Positions 1 to 12,400 of a DNA stretch of 64,000 nucleotides are shown here, one piece after another. This DNA is from Camelus ferus (lineage: Eukaryota). Position numbers and translations under genes: made by a program. Where the stretch lies: positions 103,790,001-103,854,000 of the forward strand of contig NC_045697.1 of assembly GCF_009834535.1 (NCBI RefSeq), given 5' to 3'. The first letter of the stretch is position 1, and each line of letters begins with the position of its first letter. Under the pieces are notes generated by a model. The model was not told where the DNA came from and did not search any database. It saw nothing but the letters and a program-made list of their open reading frames with translations.

Positions 1-963
1 CCCTCTGCTAAGTTCTAATTCTTTTACTTTGCAACTGTTAGACTTTCAGGCAACTTAGAGTCAAAGATCACCATTTTAAACAGTAACAGATGTTCCAAAG
101 CTATTACTCCAAACCTCAGGTGAGGATAAATAGAACTTCAAATTAAAACTAAAGAAATTTAGCAAACAAGTAAAAAGGTAAATAAATAAGTAGCTCTTAA
201 GATCTTTCAGACCATCATAGACTAAAAAGAAAAGTTTAAAATTACGCACTAAACCTCAAAGCTTTCAAAATTAACAGAAATTAAAATGCATATTGAGTTA
301 TCACATTCTAACAAAGCTAACCTAATTTATATTAAAAGCATCTTTATTTAGCACATAATGCCATCACAAAAAGTTTATAGATTACTCCCTCAATACCTAC
401 CCAAGTACTAAATCATTATGCATTAAGTCATTAAAGAATTTTTAAGAGATCTTAATTGCCTCTTCTTACAACTTAGTTCTCATTTCAAATCAGAATCCGT
501 CCTAGAGAGCAATAGAAAGAATGCTGAAACAGAATTAAGAACTAAAAGATGAAAAGAAAGAGAAATAAAATGATAGGGTTGAGGAAAGAGTAATATAAAA
601 AGAAATCTATGAATAAGGAAGATACAGTTAATAAATAAAAAGAAAGAACTAGAAAACCAACACTCTTCACCTTCTTAAATTTGATAATATCTAATTTTTA
701 AAAAACATAATTAAACACATCTCTGTACACAGTTCTGTGGGAGAAATGCCCCACAAAACTACGATACACACAGTAAGGGTCCATAAGGTTTTGGGGAGGA
801 GGGTTGAGGGGATGAGGAGGGAGAGAGAGGAAGCCAATAGTCTATGAAGCAACCCAAGGTGAATACGTTAACAGGGTAGTTGCCAGTGACACTGGTAACT
901 TCTGAAAGCTAAAAAGGGGAGCTACCTACCTTTTGGTCTTCTCCTTAACAAACCCCTATTCTA

Positions 964-998
964 AGAGAGAGAGAGAGAGAGAGTGTGTGTGTGTGTGT
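964..998. repeat. Compound (AG)n(TG)n microsatellite
   Basis: Seen directly. Confidence 0.95.
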
Positions 999-1311
999 CT
1001 TGGGGGTGAGGGGAAAGCGGAGGCACTTAAGGAGTTCCCTGGAAGGGGGAAAGGAGAGCAGCCCCCCTGAACGACAGAGGGTGGAAATGGTAGTGCCCCC
1101 AACAGACCTTAGTCCTGGAACTACGACTCTCATTCCCTCCGATGAAGTTTTGCTACATAACCAACTCCAAGGAACTGACTAACACTGTGGTACTGGGAGG
1201 TGGTTTCTTACTCTGAATACTACTTGCTTAAAGTAAGACATTAACTGGGGCTGAGAAATATTTATGACACAGGGGTCATAACTGACTTAATCTGCATTCA
1301 AAATAGGAAAA

Positions 1312-1412
1312 GAGGGGGTGGGTACAGCTCAGTGGTGGGGCACATGCTTAGCACGCTTGAGTCCCAGGTTCAATCCCCAGTACCTCCATTAAAAAAAAAA
1401 AGAAGCAGCAGC
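1312..1412 (+). mobile_element. tRNA-derived SINE (Vic-1-like, camelid)
   Basis: GGGGTACAGCTCAGTGG (A box) ... GGTTCAATCCCCAG (B box), A tail, near-duplicated flank AAAATAGGAAAA/AAATTAGGAAAA. Confidence 0.85.
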
Positions 1413-1424
1413 AAATTAGGAAAA

Positions 1425-2051
1425 CCGAGCTTCCTCTTCCTGCACGCAGCCTCAGTGACCTCTGAAAATGGTTTGCTATTTGCTTGACCCAGAAAAACCC
1501 ACAAAATCATGCAAATCAAGAGGTTTCAAATTTCATGTTCACTTTAAGAACACTCATGAAATCGCCCAGGCCAGTAAGGGTATGCACATCTGAAAAGCCA
1601 CCAAGTATCTGAAGGGTGTCACTTTACAGAAGCAACGGGTACCATTCTGTCGTGACAATGGTGGAGTTGGTAGGTGTGCCCAGGCCAAAGGGTGGGGCTG
1701 GGCTCGGAGTTGATGGCCCAAAAAAAGTGCTGAATTTTTACTGTACATGCTTAAAAAAGCAGAGAGTAATGCTGGACTGAAGCACTGATGTGTGTGTCAC
1801 TGAGCACATCCAGGTGAACACGGCCCCCGAGATGCGGGGTAGGACGTACAGAGCCCATGGTCGGATCAACCCGAAGGTGAGCTCTCCCTGCCGTGCTGAG
1901 ATGGTCCTTGCTGAGAAAGAGCAGGTTGGTCCTAAACCGGAAGAGGAGGTTGCACAGAAGACAAAGATACCTCAGAAGAAACTGAAAAAACAAAAACTTA
2001 CGGCCTGGGAATCAATTCAGCATAAAATAAATGCAAATAAAAGCAGGAGAA
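1425..2051 (+). pseudogene. RPL17: Processed pseudogene of ribosomal protein L17 (uL22)
   Basis: Intronless. Pyrimidine TOP-like leader; ATG 1468 gives [19 protein letters not shown]..., later [24 protein letters not shown]...[18 protein letters not shown]; in-frame TGA at 1591 and 1711; deletion/frameshift ~1783-1797; AATAAA and A-rich tail. Confidence 0.95.
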
Positions 2052-4514
2052 AAAAAAGGAAAATAGATACCCAGACTCTGGTGATAGCAAAAGGTGCTGT
2101 TCCCAGTGGTAGCTGGGAAGAGAAAGACAGGTGCAAAGAGTGAAAACACAGAGCACCCCTTGTCACTAAAGCAACAACAAATTCTGCTCTGAAGAAAAAA
2201 AACAGTTGCCTCTCCAGTTCTTTGTGCAAGAAGCCAATTCTATCCTTGCATCCATACTTAAATCTAGAAACAAAGAGATAAATCAATTAATCCTTATAAA
2301 CTGCTCCTAGGAGCTTCATTTTCCTCAAGGAGTTAAAAGAAGCTTTGACCACCGCACAAAGGATATGAAATCTCTGCACTCCGTTGCTAAAACATATCTC
2401 CAATTAGGTTTAAGGACATTTTTACTGCCTTTATGCCAAGTTTATATTACCGGACGTTAAAGAATGTGTTGTAGCGCTGAAAAGCGCTACAGCTGGCTAG
2501 TCACGCTCTTGGTAACAATGGTTTATGACTGTATCTCAAGGAAAGCAGGAATAAGGGTTTATGTGATTTTGTTGTTACAGGACGATACTGAACAGAAACA
2601 GAAACAACTGGGAAGGAAGGCCAACCAGAATCTTTTGTTCTCTCTTTCGATACTCTCATCTAAAGGCTACGACATACAAAGTTATAATGAGATTTTCACT
2701 CATCCCTTAGAATAAATTCAGCCAAAAGCTTTTGGAGGTTTAGGGATTAAGACTAACTCAAAACAGCAATTGTATTCAGATTTTCCAAATCTGTATATGT
2801 CTAAACAATATAAAATTGTACCTATGAAGCAAACAGGTTAAAGGATGGCAAGAATGTTTAATTAGCATTTCATTATAATACCAGCGTGAAAAGAAAGAGG
2901 TCAGCTATTAATAAGGTACAGATTTCCCACCACTGGGATTTATTCTGAATTCATTTTAAGACCAGAAAGCTGTGATCTAAAAATCTCCACTCTAAAACGG
3001 TTAAAAGTTGAAATAATAGTACTTTAAAAGGAAGGACTGGGGCTTTAAGAACAGCCCTTTGTACGTATAAACCATGTCATTTCTGACTATTACTTTGTAA
3101 TTTTCACTTAGAACCATCATGCCCACTTATTTCATGACAAATGATTATGCACTGGATAGCATATCTATTCTGGATAAGAAGAACGGCTTAGAGATTTCCA
3201 TCAACCACGTGACTTCCTTTTCCTTTCTCTTTTTTGATACGTGCACTTCTCCAAACTACTCAAAAGAAACCATATCAAAAGCGAAATATACTCACTAAAA
3301 TTTAAGGTTACTCCAACAAAAGGGTTAATTAGAGAAACAAATTTTCTCAGACTGTTAATAATGGGAATGACACATACTCTGTGCCCATAAGTAATTCTCA
3401 GGTATCTTTGATCTGCAGCCCCATGCGGTTTCTGTTGCCTACCGTAGCCTGGCCTCTGGGACTCTCTCAGAACCAGACATCTGGCTACTTTGTTGTTTTA
3501 GACTAATCTCCTCCCAGGAGAGCTCAAGAAATGACACCAGGCAAGGAGGGTCCTGGCAAGGGAAAAAACATTACAGTATTAGCAGATTTCTTTTCGAGTG
3601 GACAAGAGTTATCAAAATTGTCTTCAAATTTCTACAGGGGTCTTAAGGAGTGCTTCTGTTCTGTGGTTTTATGCTTGCATAATTTAAATGGGATGTAGAT
3701 ATTAGATCTTTAAGGCCCATCAATCATCTGTAAGAATTCACTGAATGTTAATCATAGAATATTACAATGTGTGGGAGAAAGTTGTGAGGAAAAATACAAA
3801 TCAGATTCATTCTTCACCCATCTGTTAGGGTTGGGTGATGACTGCTAAAACAAAGATTTTAATTGTCAGCTGAAGGGTTACACCAGAACTGTGGGATGAT
3901 GTCTAGGATTTGCAAATACAGTTGCATGCCTCCCATTATATGTCAACCCCCTATCACATTTCTCCTTTTAACTGGGATTTTTTGGAAAGAATCTTAGCCA
4001 CCAATCTACCAGAAAGGTCTGATGAAAATGTACTTCTGTATGTGCCTCTGAGGAAAACAAGAGGAAGCAAGAAGAAGTGACATATGCTTAAAATAAAAAA
4101 ACAAAAAAACAAAACACTGTAGTTAAGGCAAGGACAAATGCTATTTTTGAAATGACAAAGATCATCAATATCTTCTCCCTAAGGCAACAAATCATCAATG
4201 TCTCAGTTCCTTTTTAGGGATTATTGTTCAATCCTCAAAACCTGTACATTCTGAGAAAGAAAAAATAATTTCCCATTTGTTACACAAATAGAATATAAAC
4301 CAAGTGGGATAACTGCTTAATCTGTGGAACTTCTTTATTTTATCCTAAAATCATGTTTTATCTGTTTGTAGTACATTCACATAACATATGAAATCACATG
4401 TTACACTATAATATTTGTAATACATTCACATAATATATGAAATCAAATGTTATGAGACAATAAACAAGTTGGGGAAAAAAAAGAAAAAACAAATTTAACT
4501 ATGACTGGTGTCTG

Positions 4515-4640
4515 GAGGGAATAGCTCAAGCAGTAGAGCACATGACTAGCATGCACAAAGTCCTAGGTTCAATCCCCAGTACCTCCTCTAAAAATAAATA
4601 AATAAACTTAATTACCCCCCAAAAAAAGTAATTAAAAAAA
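4515..4640 (+). mobile_element. tRNA-derived SINE (Vic-1-like)
   Basis: A/B boxes and A-rich tail; exact 18-bp TSD AACTATGACTGGTGTCTG at 4497-4514 and 4641-4658. Confidence 0.92.
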
Positions 4641-5299
4641 AACTATGACTGGTGTCTGATTAATATAAGTTCATAGAAAAGGATGGGAGTTATCAATACA
4701 TCACCATGATGAAAATCAGAAATTTGAAATTAGGTTTCAATTTGGGAAAATAATATCCAATTAAAGAGACAGACAAGAGGACTCAATTCATTTCCTTGCA
4801 GCCCAGTGAATTTCGTTTATTTCCTTAAGCATGAACTGAGTACTTACTAAATAAATGAACCAGGCAGATTCTCCCAGTGAGTTAATATTGTAAATTGGCT
4901 TGGACTGAGTCAGTGTAGAGACAATGTAACTTTAGGTCTGGACTGAAGTCAATGATTTTCCATCACCCATCCCCCTCCCTTGTCAGCACTGGGGGGAAAA
5001 ATGTCGGAAAAGAAGCAAAAGAGTAAAAATCAGAATAACCAAACCAGTTTCCTGTAAGAATTATCTCCCAGATCAAATGGAGAATTATTTGTCCAGAATC
5101 ATGGAGGAGGGAGTGTAAGAAGATTATATGATTTGACTCGGACTGGACATTGTAGAGTGCTGGTTATAGCCCCAGTTTCTCTCACTTGGCCATCTATCTC
5201 CTTGACTTCGGCAACATCCAAATAAAGCTGAACCATTCATTCTGAGAAGGGTTTGGAAGCAGCACGTGAAAGAGTAAATGGCTGCCAAGAAGAAAAGCC

Positions 5300-6100
5300 C
5301 AAAGCTGCATGACAGTAGCAGCAGGCTTTGGGATGGGTCATGTGGTCACAGCAAAACAGGGTCACACATCCTAAAGGAAGCTTCCTGACATCTTGGTGCT
5401 GAGGGCAGATGGAGTCATGGAGTCCCATGGACCCTGCACACACCTGCTGTACACAGAGCTGGCGTGGAGGGTAGTCCCCTGTCCTGGAAGACCCTCAGAG
5501 ACTATCACTGCTGGAGCAGACTCACCAGCCCTGACATCTTCAGGAAGATACAATGCCAGCAAAGTACATACTTTCGTCACTATAGGGCCAGGTTCAGGAT
5601 TTGGGGACCTGAGTGGATATTCCACTCTGGGCTGAAAAACAGTTATGTCCAGAGCTTCCAAGAGATCACACAATGGCGAGATGACCATGAGGACCAATGC
5701 CAACAACAAAGGTGCCAGAGGACCGCACAGGCACCTATTAAAGAGTCTAGCTTGGTTAAGCCTTGGTCTACCTGTGCTACTAACACACCCACACCACTCA
5801 AGTGTTTGGTCATTCCATTCAGATTTTGTATCTCTGTAGCACACCAAAGCGGTAATTCTGTCACCAACCCACCATGGATAATGAAGCAACATGTGCAGTC
5901 AGATTGTCAGCCACAATGCACGTGCTTCCTCGGCCACCTGCACTCCTGTTCCCACGTGCAGGTAAGTATGTTGCATTGACCAGGCCACTGGGACAGGATC
6001 TGTGAGCAGCACCCCTTCCATCAGACCCACCCATTCTCTCAGATCTGACAACTCGTTTGTTATCTTAACCTCACTGGGGAGGCTTTTCAAAAGATGCCCT
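5300..6100 (-). mobile_element. Degraded RTE-clade (L4/RTE-X-like) LINE, endonuclease region
   Basis: APE-type motifs in the expected order across frameshifts: LTCTW(g)N 5966-5948, VTELPLW 5864-5844, GVGVLV 5795-5778, HGHLAIV 5689-5669; by-eye similarity only. Confidence 0.5.
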
Positions 6101-6777
6101 AATCACTAGGAGAGAATCTGAAACCCTATCACTTCTAAGAACCAGCTTTCCAACCAGGACCCATGGCCCTGGCTCAAGCTCTAAGGACCTCCCCAGCTCC
6201 TCCCTTTCTTACCCACTTACTCATTCACAGGCCGCTGTGGTTTACGCTCCTACAGTTTTCCCCATTTCATTACCAACCTCTGTGAAAGCAGACCATGTTG
6301 GATTCTCCTTGTACTCGACGTCCCCACTCCTCAAAATACCAGCCCAGTGCTCTGTAAATTCCAAGTATCCAATAATTTGTTTTAACTGAATAGTACACTG
6401 ACATTCACCTCTCAGAAAAATTTCAAGCCATCCACCTTTAATGAGGAGCCAACACAAGATCAAGATGTTCCTCCCTATGTGATTGATTTCTGGAGTTTGG
6501 TTACTTTTGCTTAAGATATTGCATAATAGGAAGACAGTGTTCTGGAGGAGTCCATATTCCCAGCTGTGGGACTTCAGTCAACTCACCTCTAAATCCTAAT
6601 CTGACCAACTACAAAAATCAGGACAACATAATACCAGTCCTATCTACTTCTTCTAATTGTTGGGATGTTAGAAAAAGAAAATACAGGTAAAAGCATTTCA
6701 TAAGATATGAAAAATAGGTACTTACCACAATAGGAGATGATCTAAAGAAGTAGTCTCATATATTTTGAATCTATATA

Positions 6778-7014
6778 CAGTTGGCCCCGGAACAACAAGG
6801 GTTTGAACTGCACATGTCCACTTATCTTTTTTTCAATAGTAAATATTACAGTACTAGACAATCAGCAGTTGGTTGAATCTGGATGCATACATGGAGTTGA
6901 ATCCATGGATACGGAGGAACCAAGGATAAGGGGTCCGACTATAAATTATACACAGATTCCAACTGCGAGGAGGGTCGGCAACTCCTATCCCCTACATTGT
7001 TCAAGGGTCAACCG
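6778..7014. mobile_element. Tigger2-derived MITE (MER8-like, TcMar-Tigger)
   Basis: TIRs CAGTTGGCCCCGGAACAA ... TTGTTCAAGGGTCAACCG, TA dinucleotide on both sides, 237 bp. Confidence 0.85.
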
Positions 7015-8109
7015 TATACTGAAGCTTCCATACAGAAGTCCCCAGTTTATATAAGGAAAAGAAATTTTACCTCATCATTCATGCAAAAAATATATTTTTT
7101 TAAAAAATATCTACTAATGTTTTCTAATGTAAAAATCACTTTTCCCACATGAGATATTACTAGGCTAATTTGTTTAAGATCATCTAAAATTTAAAAGGAA
7201 AGAAAATAGACTAAAAGGCCCCATTCAGCTACTAAAATGTCTGTGGTATGTTTTTCATCACTTAATAGGTTTGAAACTGCAAGATCAACCCTATAGAAGT
7301 TTTTTATTTCCTTCCAGGCCAGATCAACCATATACAAGTCTTTTATTTCCTTCCAAGCACCAGAAGTCTTTTCTTTCCGTCTAGGCACTATGCCAGCTAT
7401 TTCAGAGGTTGCCACCAGATAAGCGGCTGCGACTGTTGATACTCAGACAGAGCAGAAAGAAGGTGTGAATAATTGAGAAAAGTAAAAATATTACAAGAGA
7501 CAGTCAATTACGTCTCTTGACTTTTCCATACAAATTTATGATTTTTCTATAAAAATTTATTTAGCATAGGACAAAGTAAGCCTAGATATGAGTTACTGTG
7601 TTTATAAGACATGTTTAAATCAAGACACCAATAGGGCTAGATTTAAACAAATTTCCTGCAAAAATAGTAATCTATTCATATATACTGACTGTGCCCCCAA
7701 TACATGCCAAGTGCTGTACCAGACAGAGGACACAACTGTGAATAAGAAATACACACTGCATGTCCTCTGATGATGACAGTAAGACACACGCATATACCAT
7801 TCCCTGTGCTACACGTGCCGTGAGGGGGTAAGTACTACGAAGCCCTGGAAGAGACATGGAAAAGCTTCCCCGAGGGAGGCTTGCAGCCAAGTGGAAAAAT
7901 CAATACCTACACAACTTCTTGGCTTTTTTGCCTAACTATTTTTTAGCTCACTATTGGGTTTTTGGTTGACTCGTAGGTCAACCTTTATTCTTCTTACCTA
8001 GATAGTTCGAGCACTAACTAAGCCGTCTGCAGGTGGACAGTTTTTAGTACCACTGGGCCTACGTCCAGTGATAACCGAGAGACTGGTATTAGAGGAAAGG
8101 GGAGGAACA

Positions 8110-8340
8110 CAACACTGAAGGCAGAGTTGCCTGGGTTTACATCCCAGCTCTTCCTCTTTTGCACTACAGAACTCTGGACAAGTTTCTTCATCTTTTTGTA
8201 TCAGTTTTCTCATCTATGAAATGAAGATAATAATGGTACCTATCTCAAAAGGTGGTTAAAAGGATTGAGTTAGTACATACATATAAAGCACTGAGAACAA
8301 GGATGGACACATATGATGAGCTATAAAAGCACTGACTATT
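8110..8340 (+). mobile_element. MIR SINE
   Basis: Core TCAGTTTTCTCATCTATGAAATGAAGATAATAATGGTACCTATCTC. Confidence 0.75.
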
Positions 8341-9177
8341 GTGATTTTGATGGCAAGACCATGTTGTGATTACAGGCATCTCTTGCTGTGCGGGTCAGCA
8401 GCCAGCCAAATCCACTTAGGGCGGAGGAATTGCCCACGAAAGTTAAGAGTGCTTCCCGGAATTGTGCGTTGTTGCGGTCCTGGGTCAATCCATTGTCCTG
8501 CTGTGCCCTTTTTTCCTTCCAGGTCAGTAGTTAGGAACATGTAGAAAAACACTAGCTGTCCTTCACATCCCTAAGAGGCAGTCTAAAACCCGACATTCGG
8601 CTTCTTCCAACCAGTTAAAGGCTCCTTTAATTAAGCAAACAAGCTTCTAACTCAATTAACTTCTTTCCTCTTTCTCTATTGACAATCAATGTACAAAGAA
8701 TTGGGCCTGAAGTTGTAAAACTTCATCAACCATGGGCAAACCGTTCCCTACAGTGGGCTCTGTTTTTTTACACTCAGAAGAATTTCACACACAACTTGAA
8801 ACTAAAAATGTTTTAAGGCGAGCTACATAATTTCTCCAACAAAAATTCTATTTTTGGTTGGCTACCAAAAGATAACGAAATCAAACGAGCAGAATTCATG
8901 TCTCTCTTTATGAACCACTCGAGCATGGCAGATCCTGTTTTAACTTTAATGCCAGTTCCCGTTTTTCATACGAAAATGTGACTCTGTAGCCCACCTTGAA
9001 CAGCAAATGTGCAAACACACAGCAGAATAGTTGGTAATTAAAACAACTGGGGAAGAAGCATCAAATGTTGGAGGGATAAAAAGAATAAAGGCATGCCAAC
9101 AACTCCACGGCACAAATGCAGGGTTTGCAATGGCTTATTTGGACAAGGACTTAACGTAAACTCAAACAAGAATTAAG

Positions 9178-9424
9178 AGGGGTGAAGGGGAGGGTGGAGG
9201 GAGAAATTGGGAGTTCCAGATTTGCAGATACTAACTACTAGATATAAAGTAGGTAAACAACAAGGTCCTATTGTATAGCACAGGGAACTACAGTTAATAT
9301 CTTGTAATAGCCTATAATGAAAAAGACTATGAAAAGGAATCGATATATGTATAATTGAATCACTATACTGTACACCAGAAATTAACACCTTGTAAACCAA
9401 TTATGCTTCAATTTAAAAAAAAAA
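9178..9424 (+). mobile_element. 5'-truncated L1 3' end
   Basis: L1 3' UTR motif AACAACAAGGTCCTATTGTATAGCACAGGGAACTA, poly(A), TSD AAGAATTAAG at 9168-9177 and 9425-9434. Confidence 0.88.
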
Positions 9425-12400
9425 AAGAATTAAGGCATATCAGTTGCAGCTGTCCTTGTTAAGGAGGGCCACAGAAGTTGAAAAGCATTTTCCATAGCCT
9501 AACAAATTATGCACTTAAAAAAAGGTTAATATGTATAAATATATACACATGCCTTACCACATATAGTTGATGTCTTAGACTGTTTTTCAGAATTAAATTA
9601 TCATGATCTGTCTCTTTGAGAAAGTAAACCATTCTCAAACAGTGTGAACTTAATGTAACTAATTAGTAACAACACTGTCTTAGAGTCTGGATCTAAAGGA
9701 CCATTTCAGTGAGAAATACCATGGAGCATAAACTCTAAAAACTTCCCATAATGAGCGTTCTTAACGGGACCTAGAATATACTTGCATCCATGAGAAAATA
9801 TGTCTAATCTATATAGAACATTGTTCAATTCTATCCCACTTTATTCTGGAACAGAATATATGAAAAGATCCTTGAAGGTGAGATTGAGAACAGATACTTA
9901 ACGGAAATGATTACAATGTAAGTGACCTCATCCTTGTTCTGAACAACTCTATTGGGACCACAATATGACTAAGAGCAAACTAGAGTCATTCTCTAGCTTC
10001 CCTGATCCTCTGCCTTTTTTATTAGGACTACTTTTGAACTGCATTAAAGAGATACCAAAAAAAGCAGTTCCTACAAAGAAAATTCAGAAACTGATGAGTC
10101 AAATGCATGCACAAATATTTGATATTTGGTGAGTACACAAGGCTTCTTGTGAGGGGAACCATATTTAAGCCAGGCCTTGACTGATGGGCAGGACTTTAAC
10201 TGGGAGATACTGAGAGATGAGGAAATCTCTATTTAGGAGCAGACTGGCCAACTGAGCTGACCACAAGCAGCAGAAGACTTTACCAGGAGCACATAGTTCT
10301 CGACGTGGTCTGAGGTCTAACACCAAAGGAATTGTCTGCAAGTAACAGGAGGCCAGGAATCCCCTTGAGAAAAGACCAAAGGATGGGAAGTTTGTCCAAA
10401 GGATCAGAGGAGCTGCCTTAAGAGGAAACATGGATGGCAGGTTTCCACTGCAGCTTAGGGTAGTGTTGTTCAAACTCTAGTTCACAAAATCAATTTAGTG
10501 AATACTGATTGGCCTTTAGCTTACAGATTAAAGAAAGGGAAGGAAAGAAGAAAGGCAGAGGAGGAGAGAGAAAGGGAGAGGTCAAGAGAGGAAAGTTAAC
10601 CTTTGTGACTTACACATACAGCAACTATTCTCTGGAAACTTTTCAGTTTCTATCTGTGGATTGTGTATTAAAAAAAAAAAAATGGAAATCACTCACTGAG
10701 AGGGCCCTGCGAGTCTAAGATCTTGGCCCTTGATTAGAATGCTGCTCAGTCCTACTCAATTTATTCAGACCATTAGTTTGGGTCCAAGTGTTCCTGGTCA
10801 TGAATAATCTGCTTGAAAAATATTACTGCACTAAGCAAGATGTTCTCATTAGATACTCACAAGACACAGTCTGATGTCTTCATAAAGCAAGTACAGTTTA
10901 AAAGAGGCGTTTCCAAAGTCTGTGGCAATGCAGTAAAGATTACGCTTGATTCCTTCAGATTGATAGATGCTGAACACCTTCACATGAAAGCTACATGGAT
11001 AATGTCATCCTCTTCCATGAAGCAGATAATCTCATAGGGAGGATAAATTGAGAAAGCTACAATTAATGCAATAAAGTAGGTGATACTTCACCAAGAAGCA
11101 AACAGCTTAAAATGACAGATTACCTCCTTTTATTTATATAGGTCCCTATATGTTTCTTTCCCAAAATATTTTCATCTAAAATGATCCTCCCTACAAAAAA
11201 TTGATTAAAAAATTGAAAAAGACAATACCCAAAATCAGAGGGCTAGTTAGGGATGGGGCCAAGAGAAGAAACAGATTTAATTTATTGATATTTCCCTAAC
11301 TCCATGGTCTAACAAATCATAGAGAATGTCTCCTACTTTCAGTAGTAACAACTTCATAAATATATACAAATATATATGTAACTGGCATGTAGCCAGTGCA
11401 CAGATAAAGCCAAAGAACCTAAAAAAGGTACTTGCCTAGAATTTGGAAATAAAGGTAAAAATAGTCAAATTCTCTGTAAGAAACAACAAATATGAACATT
11501 AATCAAATAAGAATAGCTAAGAAAAAGTTTGGAGTGGGTTATTGTTTAGACTGATGTTTCCTCAAAATCACTAATGGGTTCAGGGTACCCCCTTAAAAAG
11601 GAAGTTTGATCATTAAAATGTAACTAATCAAAATAAATCAAATCACTGAAAAATATTTTGTTAGTCATTATATACGCAAGCAATCTGATATTGAAAAAAA
11701 AATCAGATAACAAATATCCAATGTTTATGAAGAGCTGGTTAAAGAACACAGGGTACCTGATTGTTTCTGCGGTGTGTGTGTTTGTTTGCTTGTTAGCTGG
11801 GATGGAACCAGGATGGTTTTCCAAGCTTCATAGTTTAGAGGAAACATCCCACAGATCTGTACAATCCTCTTTATCTAGTTCTAAATTCCCAAAGCAATCT
11901 TTCTATAAACAATTTGGCTTCCTGTGCCTTTAGTTCCCAAAAGGGGTAATCTTGGATATCTGGCATGAATGTTCCATGTTATGGTAAGAAATATTTATGT
12001 AAAAATGTAGAGGGCCTGTAATACAAGCTTATAAATTGGAATTACCTAGTTTGGTAAATTTATTTAAACACCTGCCATCTTGTAAATTTATTTAAACACC
12101 AACCATCTTATATTTCAATTTGCTTGTTTATGTTTTACATCACTTACTCAACTGAAAATTCTGTGAAGGTACTATATACAGGAAGCTGTAGCAAGGACTC
12201 AACACATTTTTTTGAATGAGTAGTGAATGAAGTGAGTAAATGAGTGAACTTAAATCAAATTTTGAGAAGGCAATGATAATGACTCAGAAAACTAGATGAT
12301 ATCATCAGTGACAAACCTCTACTATGAGGATAATGCTGGAGCTTGCTTGATCGGTTCCCTGACAATTTATAAGCACTTCTGTGTACGATTTCGTGAGCTC

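Noticed and set aside
1312..1390. tRNA-like A/B boxes (also at 4515, 37325, 44000, 55830, 57750)
   Set aside because: A-rich tails and, in most copies, TSDs identify them as SINEs, not tRNA genes
1790..2143. 117-aa ORF
   Set aside because: C-terminal half of the RPL17 pseudogene reading through a mutated stop (TAA to TCA); non-ATG start
5393..5635. VTIGPGSGFGDL resembling a cyclic-nucleotide-binding motif
   Set aside because: Single short motif with no domain context or splice structure; antisense to the probable LINE remnant
4725..6000. Paramyxovirus-F-like env remnant (heptad TEIQNLN...KLDSL plus hydrophobic stretch) followed by a PPT-like tract (4966-4981) and a TG..CA 'LTR' at 4725-4965
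   Set aside because: Needs two ad hoc frameshifts, and the same bases are better explained by ordered RTE endonuclease motifs; no fusion peptide or second LTR. An HMM search would settle it
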